From IMG/VR virus record IMGVR_UViG_3300021376_000030, positions 1 through 64,000 of that record: a stretch of DNA of 64,000 nucleotides; one strand, 5' to 3'. Source of the stretch: a virus. The notes below the pieces were generated by a model, which was not told the origin of the DNA, made no database searches, and was given only the letters and a program-made list of their open reading frames with translations. Each line of letters opens with the position of its first letter. The stretch's first letter is position 1. Position numbers and translations under genes: made by a program. Below, in pieces: positions 1-8,474 of this stretch.

Positions 1-1
1 A

Positions 2-283
2 TCAGGACGACTCATAACAATCTAAGCCTGCCTGATGTTCAAAGGTTAAGAAACCAAAGCGCTTGGAATCTCTATTTGTACACACACCCCAATCAGCTCC
101 TAATTCACCTGATAAGGTTTTGTAATGTTTACAACCCATTGAGCAATCTGGATAGTTCTTATCCTCATCTTTCCATCTCTCTACATCTCCATATGGTTTA
201 TAATCAGAAGGGAGGCGAACCACAACAAACATTAATTCATTATGGAGATCAAGGAGTGCTTTTTGTTGTTCTTCATTTTTCAC
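2..283 (-). CDS. DUF3027-like Cys/His protein
   Basis: DCSMGCKHY..LSGELGADWGVCTN..S.RFG.LTFEH motif resembles DUF3027. Confidence 0.5.
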   Translation of the reverse strand: MKNEEQQKALLDLHNELMFVVVRLPSDYKPYGDVERWKDEDKNYPDCSMGCKHYKTLSGELGADWGVCTNRDSKRFGFLTFEHQAGLDCYESS

Positions 284-286
284 AGC

Positions 287-625
287 TTACCATATATAGT
301 TGTTCTTAACATTTAATTTTTGTACCATTGTTTCCGCCAAATCAAGAACACCATTTACATAATCTGTATTAACATTGTTATACATACACAGTGAACCAAA
401 CTTCTCTTTAACTTGAGTAAACTCTACCTGAGGGTATTTGTCAGAGATATCTTTATTATTATCAGTCATGGATTGAAGTGTTTCACACACCCCATATATG
501 ATATCAAACCATTCACTTGGACATTCAATACCCCAGCACATACACGTTTCAGTCATGGGCAAATCTTTCTGCCTAAACATCTTAGGAAAATCTGTGTACA
601 GTTTATTCTCTTGTTCTATTGTCAT
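287..625 (-). CDS. conserved phage hypothetical protein
   Basis: CMCWGIEC..W and QVKEKFG.L motifs common in phage hypotheticals. Confidence 0.6.
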   Translation of the reverse strand: MTIEQENKLYTDFPKMFRQKDLPMTETCMCWGIECPSEWFDIIYGVCETLQSMTDNNKDISDKYPQVEFTQVKEKFGSLCMYNNVNTDYVNGVLDLAETMVQKLNVKNNYIW

Positions 626-640
626 GATCTAAAGCTTGCT

Positions 641-760
641 TCATTTGTTTTTCTTTATTATGTATGTTAAAAAACCAATAACTCCAAACACCATTATTAA
701 GAGAAATAATATGCTTGGATTAAATTCAGTTCCAATTAATAATTTACAGTTGGGACACAT
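641..760 (-). CDS. 39-aa CxxC + transmembrane micro-protein
   Basis: Hand-translated MCPNCKLLIGTEFNPSILFLLIMVFGVIGFLTYIIKKNK; fills gap in minus-strand operon. Confidence 0.45.
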   Translation of the reverse strand: MCPNCKLLIGTEFNPSILFLLIMVFGVIGFLTYIIKKNK

Positions 761-920
761 TTTTATCTTTAAGAATATGATTTATATGATCAACAATAAG
801 ATCTATTTCTTCTTTTTCAATATATCCACAATCATGCTTGTAGCTATTAAGAGCAAAACGAATGCTTCTTAATTGATCTTCTGTGAACCAAATGTCAATT
901 AAACTGCTTAATTTGCTCAA
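744..920 (-). CDS. 58-aa hypothetical protein
   Basis: Hand-translated TTG-start ORF overlapping stop of upstream gene; fills operon gap. Confidence 0.4.
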   Translation of the reverse strand: MSKLSSLIDIWFTEDQLRSIRFALNSYKHDCGYIEKEEIDLIVDHINHILKDKNVSQL

Positions 921-1378
921 TGCTCCATTCCTTGCTTATCATTTTCATACCAGCTTCTAGTATGCTGCAGGGCAAACTTTATATCTTTTTCTGGATATCC
1001 TTTGCTACGGAAAAACTCTTCTAAGTTACCATCTTTGGTTTTATCATACTCAGCAGGAAACCCATACTGCCAACCGCTAGGGGGGTCAACATAAAACTTA
1101 CCTTTAACTTCTAGATTGGCAGGAGCAGGAATATCTTTAGTATCTGTATCTGTTAAAGGCCATTCTTCCTTCTCTTCAACATCTTTATCAACTGGATAAT
1201 CATCTACAAAATCTATATGACCATCAAAGTGAAATCCTACACCTCTAAGAAAGTCCTCAAACTGAGTACATACTTCTTCTATAGTATCAGCCTCAAATTC
1301 ATGAGTAACCTTAATACCTCTATTGCTCCTATCAAGCTGATCAGGAACAAAGTCAGATGTAAATGTATACTTGCTCAC
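917..1378 (-). CDS. hypothetical phage protein (two small domains)
   Basis: FEDFLRGVGF motif and C-terminal VDPPSGWQYGFP motif seen in T4-like hypotheticals. Confidence 0.6.
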   Translation of the reverse strand: MSKYTFTSDFVPDQLDRSNRGIKVTHEFEADTIEEVCTQFEDFLRGVGFHFDGHIDFVDDYPVDKDVEEKEEWPLTDTDTKDIPAPANLEVKGKFYVDPPSGWQYGFPAEYDKTKDGNLEEFFRSKGYPEKDIKFALQHTRSWYENDKQGMEH

Positions 1379-1620
1379 TTCTTTTTCTTATACTTCTTTA
1401 ATGACTCAAGCTTAAATTCGTTATTTACTGCATTCTCAATAACATGAATAAAACCAATGTTACGGTATTGATCTTCCGTAATTACCTTACGGCCGATATC
1501 TGCAAATGTCTGCATCCATTTATCTGGGCCTTCAATTTGAGCTTCATAATACTTAACAGCCTTAAAAGGACCGACATGAATGGTGTCTACATTTAACTTT
1601 ACATCTGGCTTTTTACTCAT
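1375..1620 (-). CDS. hypothetical protein
   Basis: ORF immediately after sigma70-like promoter at 1626-1652. Confidence 0.55.
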   Translation of the reverse strand: MSKKPDVKLNVDTIHVGPFKAVKYYEAQIEGPDKWMQTFADIGRKVITEDQYRNIGFIHVIENAVNNEFKLESLKKYKKKK

Positions 1621-1692
1621 AATTTATTATACATGAATTTAAAATAAATCAAGGGCATAGGCAAAAAAAGCATTTATTAAATTTTAATCAGC

Positions 1693-2370
1693 TCATATCT
1701 CGGGAAACAAGCAATTCTGAATGAATAGTTTAATATCTTCTTCATTAAGTCCTAATTTGGACATGACACGGGGTGTATGAGGATTTTCTTTTTGATTTAT
1801 AGCATAATAATTTTGAGCTGATGTAGAGTTTACCCCTCTATGGTTAGATACACCTACATGTTGCAAATAATATGAAGATGTGTCCTTTGCCATATGAAAA
1901 ATTTGATGTAATTCTGCTTCATTAGTGACATGACTAGCAGCCACCATGCTAGGGGAAAATATGCGATTAGCCCATGGGGGCAATTCTCTAACCTTGCGCC
2001 ATGAAAATTGCTTTACATATTCAGCAAACCAAATACACATGTCATGATTTTTATTCACTGTAACACTAAAATCATGAAAACATCCTGTAATAATATTTTT
2101 ACCAGCAATTACATCAAAACCAAATATGGGAGCATCATTATGTACATGAGGAAAAATACAACAATGCATCATCCAAAGACCTTTATCATCTCGAGCATCC
2201 ACAACATCAATATGCGCTCTACGATAATTATCAGATGTCCATACCCTGTTAATCCATCCTGGTTGATTAAATCGATCCATACCAGGTTCTTTTATCTCTG
2301 TACCAGAGCTTTGAAATTGTGTTTGCAACACATTTTGTATTTCAATAAGTGTATCCCAAATTTTACTCAT
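1693..2370 (-). CDS. ferredoxin-dependent bilin reductase, PcyA/PcyX-like
   Basis: RRAHIDVVD..LWMMHCCIFP...APIFGFDVIAG...GCFHDFS, RELPPWA.IFS, Q..NPHT.RVM..LG..CLFP motifs of the FDBR family. Confidence 0.85.
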   Translation of the reverse strand: MSKIWDTLIEIQNVLQTQFQSSGTEIKEPGMDRFNQPGWINRVWTSDNYRRAHIDVVDARDDKGLWMMHCCIFPHVHNDAPIFGFDVIAGKNIITGCFHDFSVTVNKNHDMCIWFAEYVKQFSWRKVRELPPWANRIFSPSMVAASHVTNEAELHQIFHMAKDTSSYYLQHVGVSNHRGVNSTSAQNYYAINQKENPHTPRVMSKLGLNEEDIKLFIQNCLFPEI

Positions 2371-2373
2371 TGT

Positions 2374-2381
2374 TATTTATA
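2374..2381 (-). promoter_or_regulatory. T4-type late promoter TATAAATA
   Basis: Exact TATAAATA 3 nt before the ATG of the bilin reductase. Confidence 0.6.
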
Positions 2382-2390
2382 AAAATTAAT

Positions 2391-2500
2391 CAAGAGCGGA
2401 GGTACGATTACAAACTTATCCCCGCTTTCTGGGCTATGTGCCTAGTGCGCTGGGTGTAGTCTATTCAGTCTCAGCAAATAGAGTCTGCCTCCTACTCTCG
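2391..2500 (-). ncRNA. candidate structured RNA (~110 nt)
   Basis: GC-rich intergenic island; ends pair CGAGAGU-A-GGAGG / CCUCC-GCUCUUG, inner CAGACU/AGUUUG, hairpin CUAUUUG-CUGAGAC-UGAAUAG. Confidence 0.5.
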
Positions 2501-2722
2501 AAGTCTTTTGTAGTCTAAATTCCACAAACCCATTTTGCGTTGAAAATCTCTTTCCTCATAGTCAGCTCTAGCTTTATAATAAGCCTCCAAAGCTTTCTCT
2601 CCTTCAATATCTCTAAAAGTATCAACCCATCCCAAATCTTCTCCCATCCATGTAGAATATTCATACTTACATTTGGCAAGTTTCTTACTTTTGAACTTCT
2701 TTTTTTGATACATTTTAGGCAT
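2492..2722 (-). CDS. hypothetical protein
   Basis: ORF in overlapping minus-strand run. Confidence 0.5.
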   Translation of the reverse strand: MPKMYQKKKFKSKKLAKCKYEYSTWMGEDLGWVDTFRDIEGEKALEAYYKARADYEERDFQRKMGLWNLDYKRLRE

Positions 2723-3206
2723 ATTGAATCACTCCTTGCTCTAACAATCTAATGGCCTTCTCATCTCTTTTCATATGTCTGATTTGAGCTTTACTAAGAG
2801 CCATGGCTTTGTGATATTTTAAATAAAAACATTCATCATTTATGGAGATTACATTGTCCAAAGAGTTGGTTTCAACTCGGTGAGACTTCATATCAATGAC
2901 TTGATACACACCAAAGTATTCTCCCGGAAGCGCAACAGGAGTACCAATACCCTTGTCTCTATCAGATACAATAATACCATAATTGATATCAATACCTTTA
3001 AATTCGTTCTTGGTCTTGAGCTCTTGTCTAGTTAAAGCATCACAAACCTTGTGGTATTCTTTAGAATTATAATCAGGAAGAGCATTAGGCTTGTACCAGA
3101 ATTTAAGATGATATACTTTGCTGCAAATAGATTTTGTAGGGTTAATCTGAATATCCATATAAGCAAACTTCTTGGGGCTAACCACTTTGTAAATGTATGC
3201 GCTCAT
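2715..3206 (-). CDS. hypothetical protein
   Basis: 163-aa ORF overlapping neighbours. Confidence 0.6.
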   Translation of the reverse strand: MSAYIYKVVSPKKFAYMDIQINPTKSICSKVYHLKFWYKPNALPDYNSKEYHKVCDALTRQELKTKNEFKGIDINYGIIVSDRDKGIGTPVALPGEYFGVYQVIDMKSHRVETNSLDNVISINDECFYLKYHKAMALSKAQIRHMKRDEKAIRLLEQGVIQYA

Positions 3207-3418
3207 CTGTTCCTTTCTAATGCTTTCTCTACCATTTTAACAAAATATAAATAGTCTTCTTTATCTTTTTTCTCTACATAACCAAGCATCTCGTTAATGA
3301 TACCAGAAAACTCTGTACCAATTTGAATATGTTTATCTAAATTTTTACGAAGTGTGCTGTTTTGCTCTCTCAAATCATTAAGAGCGTCTTCCATTATTTT
3401 GTTATCCACAGAACCCAT
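3203..3418 (-). CDS. hypothetical coiled-coil protein
   Basis: ORF with start/stop overlaps. Confidence 0.5.
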   Translation of the reverse strand: MGSVDNKIMEDALNDLREQNSTLRKNLDKHIQIGTEFSGIINEMLGYVEKKDKEDYLYFVKMVEKALERNR

Positions 3419-3612
3419 TATAGCTCCTTATTGTTAGTAATAAAAATTTGGTGGGGGGTTGAATTAAACTTACTTGCAATTTTTGCATCTCCATTAAATG
3501 AATCTACATAATCTATTTTTTGTAGCTTGCCATTAATTAAGAAATAAGCCTCTTGATCAAGCTGACTTTTATCAAGCATATTTAACACATCGCGTAGCCG
3601 AGCGTAAGTCAT
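3418..3612 (-). CDS. hypothetical protein
   Basis: ORF with start/stop overlaps. Confidence 0.5.
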   Translation of the reverse strand: MTYARLRDVLNMLDKSQLDQEAYFLINGKLQKIDYVDSFNGDAKIASKFNSTPHQIFITNNKEL

Positions 3613-3866
3613 GATACTTCCACAAGATCGTATTTACTTTTAATAGCTTCTTTAACAGTAGGGTAGTCAAGAAACGTGTGAGCATCCTTGATATTTTTAA
3701 AATAAAACTGTTGGTCGCGGTCACCGCTAGTAAGATCAGTACCTCCACCAATATTCTTGCCTCCAAGCGCATTAGCAAGAACCTCCATTTGTTCTTCACG
3801 CTTTGTATAAGCGTACTTCTTCTTCATATAAACTAACAGACTATAATTTTGTTTAACTTTCATCAT
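3609..3866 (-). CDS. hypothetical protein (early)
   Basis: Directly downstream of promoter 3873-3900. Confidence 0.55.
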   Translation of the reverse strand: MMKVKQNYSLLVYMKKKYAYTKREEQMEVLANALGGKNIGGGTDLTSGDRDQQFYFKNIKDAHTFLDYPTVKEAIKSKYDLVEVS

Positions 3867-3872
3867 ACCTAT

Positions 3873-3900
3873 ATTATGACGGAATCTTAATTTAAATCAA
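3873..3900 (-). promoter_or_regulatory. sigma70-like early promoter with TTCC element
   Basis: TTGATT-16 nt (..ATTCCGT)-CATAAT. Confidence 0.55.
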
Positions 3901-4937
3901 GCTTTTTCTATTAATTCTAAATATATATCTTTCAACGTTTTAAAAGGTTTCCAGCCATAGTGATTTCTAAATTTTACAGTATTTGAAATGTACCACCTGT
4001 GATCTCCAGTTCGTGCATTATTTGTATATGTCCATTTAAGCTTTTTGCCAGAAAGTTCTTCTAAGCTAACAATAGCCTCGCGGATAGAACAACTCAGTTC
4101 TCTTCCACCCATATTATAAACTTCTCCTGGCCTAGGATTAGCGATAAAGTAATTAAATGCATTTACCAAATCATCTGCATGTATGTTGCATCTAACCTGG
4201 TATCCCTCATACCCTATTACTGTATATTCAATATTATTTTTTAAACATTTAGTAAGATAAGACAAAAACCCATGTAAGGGTACACCTTGATGATCAGAAC
4301 CAGTTATACAGCCCGGTCTAAAAATACCAATTTTTAATCCTAAATGTTTACCATATTCTTGGGCATATAAATCACCCGCACTTTTAGATACTCCAAAAAA
4401 ACTATGAAGACAGTTATCAATACTAAAAGTTTCTGGTAACCCTTGATAAAATTCATGATGTAATGGTAAATCAAGTCGCTTTTCAACAATCGTTAGCGGA
4501 AGCCTATTAGGATTATCACCATAAACCTTAGATGTAGAAACGTGAATTACCGGTGCATTAATATTAATATTTCTTACAGATTCCAAAACATTTAATGTTC
4601 CTAATGTATTAACCTCAAAATCTCTACGTGTATTTTGTGTTGCCCAATCATGTGCTGGTTGTGCGGCACAATGAATTACTGCATCAAACCCTTTGCTAAA
4701 CACATTTGTTACTGCCATTTTATCGGCAATATCTATAGAAAAATGTTTGTATGTACCAATATCCTGTAATTCTGTCTCTTTGTGTGCAGTTGAACCATTC
4801 TCTCCAAAAAATTCTTTTCTCGCATTACAATCTATGCCCACAATTTCATGTCCTTCCTTTAAGTATCGTTTACATGCTGCCATACCAACCAAGCCAAGAG
4901 ATCCTGTAACAATTATTTTCATTACTTTATTTAACAA
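3897..4937 (-). CDS. NAD-dependent sugar epimerase (CDP-paratose 2-epimerase-like)
   Basis: GSLGLVG Rossmann motif, HCAAQP.HD, STSKVYG, FGVSKSAGDLY.QEYG, FRPGCITG, R.GDH.WYIS. Confidence 0.85.
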   Translation of the reverse strand: MLNKVMKIIVTGSLGLVGMAACKRYLKEGHEIVGIDCNARKEFFGENGSTAHKETELQDIGTYKHFSIDIADKMAVTNVFSKGFDAVIHCAAQPAHDWATQNTRRDFEVNTLGTLNVLESVRNININAPVIHVSTSKVYGDNPNRLPLTIVEKRLDLPLHHEFYQGLPETFSIDNCLHSFFGVSKSAGDLYAQEYGKHLGLKIGIFRPGCITGSDHQGVPLHGFLSYLTKCLKNNIEYTVIGYEGYQVRCNIHADDLVNAFNYFIANPRPGEVYNMGGRELSCSIREAIVSLEELSGKKLKWTYTNNARTGDHRWYISNTVKFRNHYGWKPFKTLKDIYLELIEKA

Positions 4938-5153
4938 ACTACTTTACATGGTCAAGATTAAATTAAAACCACGGATTGTCTAAATAACCTAAACTTACTT
5001 CATCTATTTTTCTTTGAGCTTCTATTAACTGTAATTGATTTATAGCATTTTTTAATAATTGAATACAATCTTTATGTGAGAGATTATTATTTTTTTTTAA
5101 TTTCAAAATTAAATCAATAATTGAATCGGAAGGCGGCACATAATATTTATAAT

Positions 5154-5226
5154 TGGGCCCACAAGGATTTGAACCTTGGACCAAGGCATTATGAGTGCCA
5201 CGCTCTGACCGCTGAGCTATAGGCCC
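5154..5226 (-). tRNA. tRNA with CAU anticodon, probably Ile2 (lysidine type)
   Basis: GGGCCTA/TGGGCCC acceptor, TGGCA-CTCATAA-TGCCT anticodon arm, GGTTCAAATCC T-arm; GGGCCTATAGCTCAG start typical of Ile2; no encoded CCA. Confidence 0.85.
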
Positions 5227-5285
5227 AATAAATTGATTATACTATAATTGTTGGAATGTATTAAAGGAAAAAAATTAAAAAAAAA

Positions 5286-5644
5286 ACATCCTTCTGCCGC
5301 GTTAATTGCACTGTATTCGAATTGTTTTGCTGTAACTTCCAGCTAAGTTAAGTGCTATCGGCCTATATACTTTGTTGATTGATTATCTATCAACTCAGCC
5401 TTAAAACGCGTAATACTAGTCTAGAGCGTCGTTCGTTTTACTGAACTTATAATATGAATTATCTATTATTATAATACGTTATAATATATAGGATAGTCTT
5501 ATGTTATTATGCTGCTATCTTTCATATACTCCTGCTTAAACAGATATATCTATCTGTGATCGCCTATGGGTCATGGCGTTGGACTATTCAGGATTTCCTT
5601 CGAGGTCCCAACCTTTACTTCCTGCAGAAGAGATGTCAATGAAC
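5286..5644 (-). ncRNA. candidate large structured ncRNA (~350 nt)
   Basis: No ORF in track; terminal helix ACAUC-U-CUUCUGC / GCAGAAG-GAUGU, at least 7 internal stems, upstream promoter, downstream U-run. Confidence 0.6.
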
Positions 5645-5651
5645 TATTATT

Positions 5652-5679
5652 AGTATAATATAACTAGAGATAGATGCAA
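5652..5679 (-). promoter_or_regulatory. sigma70-like promoter for candidate ncRNA
   Basis: TTGCAT-16 nt-TATACT followed by boxA-like GTTCATTGACA. Confidence 0.5.
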
Positions 5680-5743
5680 CTAGTTTTTTTATTTTTTTAT
5701 TTGGACGAAATAAAAATTACTCAATCCAATTCTTGGAATTTTA

Positions 5744-6076
5744 TTAATTTTTTCCAATATTACAATACATTACATCTGGACGAACACTGCACGGAACAAA
5801 GTCTATATGAACAATATCACCGGAATTAGTACGGGTTGAACCTAAATAAAACACAGTTGAATCCATTTTAAGCATCTCCCATTCTAGGTTGTACATTGTT
5901 ATTTTGACCAAAAACTCTTGTATTATTTTATCGTTTGATTTAATTTTAGGTGGTAAATCAAATTGCTTTAATAGCTCCTCAAGAGTATTTGGACCTGTTG
6001 AAGATTGTTTTGCTGGGCGACTAAATAGTTGCTTTATGAATGAGAAAATAAATGCCATAAAATCCCATACATCCAC
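5744..6076 (-). CDS. hypothetical protein
   Basis: 110-aa ORF; start uncertain. Confidence 0.45.
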   Translation of the reverse strand: MDVWDFMAFIFSFIKQLFSRPAKQSSTGPNTLEELLKQFDLPPKIKSNDKIIQEFLVKITMYNLEWEMLKMDSTVFYLGSTRTNSGDIVHIDFVPCSVRPDVMYCNIGKN

Positions 6077-6276
6077 CCTAATAAGAATGCTATAAAAAAC
6101 AAAAACAAAATATTATAACAATCAATGAGGGTATCTTTTAGAAGATTAATAAAAACCTTCATTTATTAATAATGCTTCTTAGCAGCAATACAGGGCATTT
6201 GTTGTTAAGCTTAGGACAATGGATCCATGCTACAAAAAACAAGCTCAACAAAACAACAGCAATTATGGCTTTATCT

Positions 6277-6480
6277 TTAAACATTATAGATACCTTCAAC
6301 GCAGGGCTCAATAGCACTAAGATAATTGACAAGCTTTTCTTTATCTATCTTTGTTTTAAATCTTATCTCTATATCTTCAATAATATCGTTTAAAATATTA
6401 TTGTTGTTAACAATAGAAGTTAAAACCATTTCTAATGCTAAACTATTTGAAAATTCTCGAAGTGTAACCGGATTAGACAT
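6277..6480 (-). CDS. hypothetical protein
   Basis: ORF in minus-strand run. Confidence 0.5.
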   Translation of the reverse strand: MSNPVTLREFSNSLALEMVLTSIVNNNNILNDIIEDIEIRFKTKIDKEKLVNYLSAIEPCVEGIYNV

Positions 6481-6481
6481 A

Positions 6482-6646
6482 TTATAGCTCCTGAGAAATG
6501 TAGATTTGAGCGAGCATCACTCCTTCCGGAAGATTAGCTTCAGCAATAGTTTTTGCCTCCTCGTTATTGGAAGCAACAATCGATTTATAGCCTAGAAAGA
6601 TTTGTCCTTTTTTTCCAAATTCATACATTTCAAATAAATATTTCAT
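6482..6646 (-). CDS. 54-aa hypothetical protein
   Basis: Hand-translated MKYLFEMYEFGKKGQIFLGYKSIVASNNEEAK...; follows promoter TTGAGA-16-TATAAT at 6654-6681. Confidence 0.55.
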   Translation of the reverse strand: MKYLFEMYEFGKKGQIFLGYKSIVASNNEEAKTIAEANLPEGVMLAQIYISQEL

Positions 6647-6683
6647 TTTTTGTATTATAAAAGAATTTTATAAAATCTCAAGT

Positions 6684-6899
6684 TTATTTCTCAATAATAA
6701 CTGAGCCAATTGTATGTCCAAACTTATCCGTGAGAACCGCTCTCATTTCTTCTGGTTTTTCTCTCATAACCGCAATAAACTTCTCTTTTTTATTATATTT
6801 CAGAGCAAACTCAATCTTGCTCATAATATTTTTTAAAGCAGAGTGGTAGTTGTTTTTAAACTCTGTACTCTCTACGTCAAACTCTATTACCACTTTCAT
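6684..6899 (-). CDS. hypothetical protein
   Basis: ORF in minus-strand run. Confidence 0.5.
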   Translation of the reverse strand: MKVVIEFDVESTEFKNNYHSALKNIMSKIEFALKYNKKEKFIAVMREKPEEMRAVLTDKFGHTIGSVIIEK

Positions 6900-7122
6900 T
6901 ATTTCTATTATAGTCTAGATACTGCCTGGAGTCAATAATAAAATCTAAAAATAAATCATATAATTGATCTAGCTCTTTATTATTGTGTATGACAAGTTTA
7001 GTGTTGCTAGAAATATTATTTAATTGTTTATAAAACATTTCGCTGTATTTTGTTACAAAAAGTTTACATAAAACGAGCTGAGAAACTATTTCTTTTTGTT
7101 CTGAAGAAATATTTTGTGTCAT
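6877..7122 (-). CDS. hypothetical protein
   Basis: ORF in minus-strand run. Confidence 0.45.
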   Translation of the reverse strand: MTQNISSEQKEIVSQLVLCKLFVTKYSEMFYKQLNNISSNTKLVIHNNKELDQLYDLFLDFIIDSRQYLDYNRNNESGNRV

Positions 7123-7200
7123 AATATTTATTATATAATTTTAAAACAAACACTAATGGATATAATATAAACATACTTATTAAAACTTCTAAAACTTTTC

Positions 7201-7464
7201 TCACTCATTATTTAGCTCAAACCCTTCTTCCTCGAGAATAATTATTGCGCTATCTTCAGAAATATCAATTGCACTTTGAATATCATCTTGATCCAAACAT
7301 TCTACAATAGCTTCAATCTCATTTCCTACAGTTGCAGTATCAGCTAAATCATCAAGATCAACTGGAGCGTGCTTATGAATCTCAGTATTAATAAGCCACT
7401 TTGCCACTTCATAATGATCATGGCCTGAATCTATGTAATCTTTTACTTTAGAAGTTGTAATCAT
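7201..7464 (-). CDS. acidic hypothetical protein
   Basis: ORF; likely start at MITTSK overlapping upstream stop. Confidence 0.55.
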   Translation of the reverse strand: MITTSKVKDYIDSGHDHYEVAKWLINTEIHKHAPVDLDDLADTATVGNEIEAIVECLDQDDIQSAIDISEDSAIIILEEEGFELNNE

Positions 7465-7825
7465 AAAAATATGTAGCTTGTTCACCTTTTTGATGAAGAC
7501 CAAATTTACTATAGCGGGTTTGTTGTCCTACCTCACACCAGCGCTTAGCTTTATTTCTCCAACTTAAGATTTTAATTTTGTTTTTAGGGTTACTGGAGAG
7601 CTTATACTCTTGATCATAATTATCAGCATAATGACCGCTAAAACCTCCTGGGTAAAATTCTTTTGGTTTATGAATGCATTCTGCATCAAGCTCACGAATT
7701 TTTATACGACGGGGGCTAATAACCTCGATAACCTCCCATGCATCACGATCTGTATAATGAAACTCTGTAACATGTTGCCCAATAAACGGCGACTCTACTG
7801 GCTTATGCTTGCTTTTAGTTTTCAT
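7448..7825 (-). CDS. hypothetical phage protein (early)
   Basis: IG..VT...YTDR.A.EVI.V and YFYDYNF motifs; promoter TTGCCG-16-TACAAT at 7832-7859. Confidence 0.6.
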   Translation of the reverse strand: MKTKSKHKPVESPFIGQHVTEFHYTDRDAWEVIEVISPRRIKIRELDAECIHKPKEFYPGGFSGHYADNYDQEYKLSSNPKNKIKILSWRNKAKRWCEVGQQTRYSKFGLHQKGEQATYFYDYNF

Positions 7826-7844
7826 ATTATGATTGTACATGAAT

Positions 7845-8474
7845 CTAAATTATCGGCAACTGTTTTGTATAATTTTCTCTAACGTATTGATTTTGATAAT
7901 GATCTATCCCGCTTTTATATGCACAATTATATCTTCCAGTTGGGTTTGAACAAACCCACATTTCTGCTTTGTGTCTATCTATTTCATTGCAATAATTTAA
8001 AGTTTTAATATGATTACCGGTAGCCCACCAAAAATTACCTGAGTAATGTTTTTGATTGTTGAATTGCTGCAAATTTACTCCAGTCACATCATTATTTTGC
8101 AATTCAGCAATCCTATTTTTATAATCTTCTATACAAAAATATTCCATATAATCAATCCAGTCTTCAACATTTTTATTGTTATTTCTAGTTACTCCCTTGC
8201 TATGAAAGTATAGAACATTATTAGCTTCTGTAGTTAATTTCATGTAATTTAAAGTAACTGCTTCAGATAAAGCAGTACCATGGTACTGTATTACGTTTAC
8301 TTTATTGATACCATTAAAATTGCCTCTTGAGTCACCAATACAAATAATATTAATATTGTTTATGATTGATATTAAGTTAGATTTTTCTATCTTTAAATAT
8401 GATTTTAAAAATCTAGAATAAAAATCATTAATACAATAGCAATGATAATATATTGAGTTAATTATTGGTTCCAT
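7845..8474 (-). CDS. glycosyltransferase-like protein
   Basis: YFHSKGV, W..YMEYF, HYSGNFWWA, AEMW motifs of phage GT-A-like family. Confidence 0.6.
   Translation of the reverse strand: MEPIINSIYYHCYCINDFYSRFLKSYLKIEKSNLISIINNINIICIGDSRGNFNGINKVNVIQYHGTALSEAVTLNYMKLTTEANNVLYFHSKGVTRNNNKNVEDWIDYMEYFCIEDYKNRIAELQNNDVTGVNLQQFNNQKHYSGNFWWATGNHIKTLNYCNEIDRHKAEMWVCSNPTGRYNCAYKSGIDHYQNQYVRENYTKQLPII

Noticed and set aside
4963-5184. 73-aa ORF starting inside tRNA-Ile2
   Set aside because: N-terminus is the tRNA T-arm read as codons; a shorter downstream ORF is possible but unsupported
5286-5644. tmRNA, RNase P RNA or group I intron identity for the large ncRNA
   Set aside because: No tRNA-Ala-like ends or tag ending AA-stop, no GAGGAAAGUCC, and the UAGUC/GACUA elements are in the wrong order for P7
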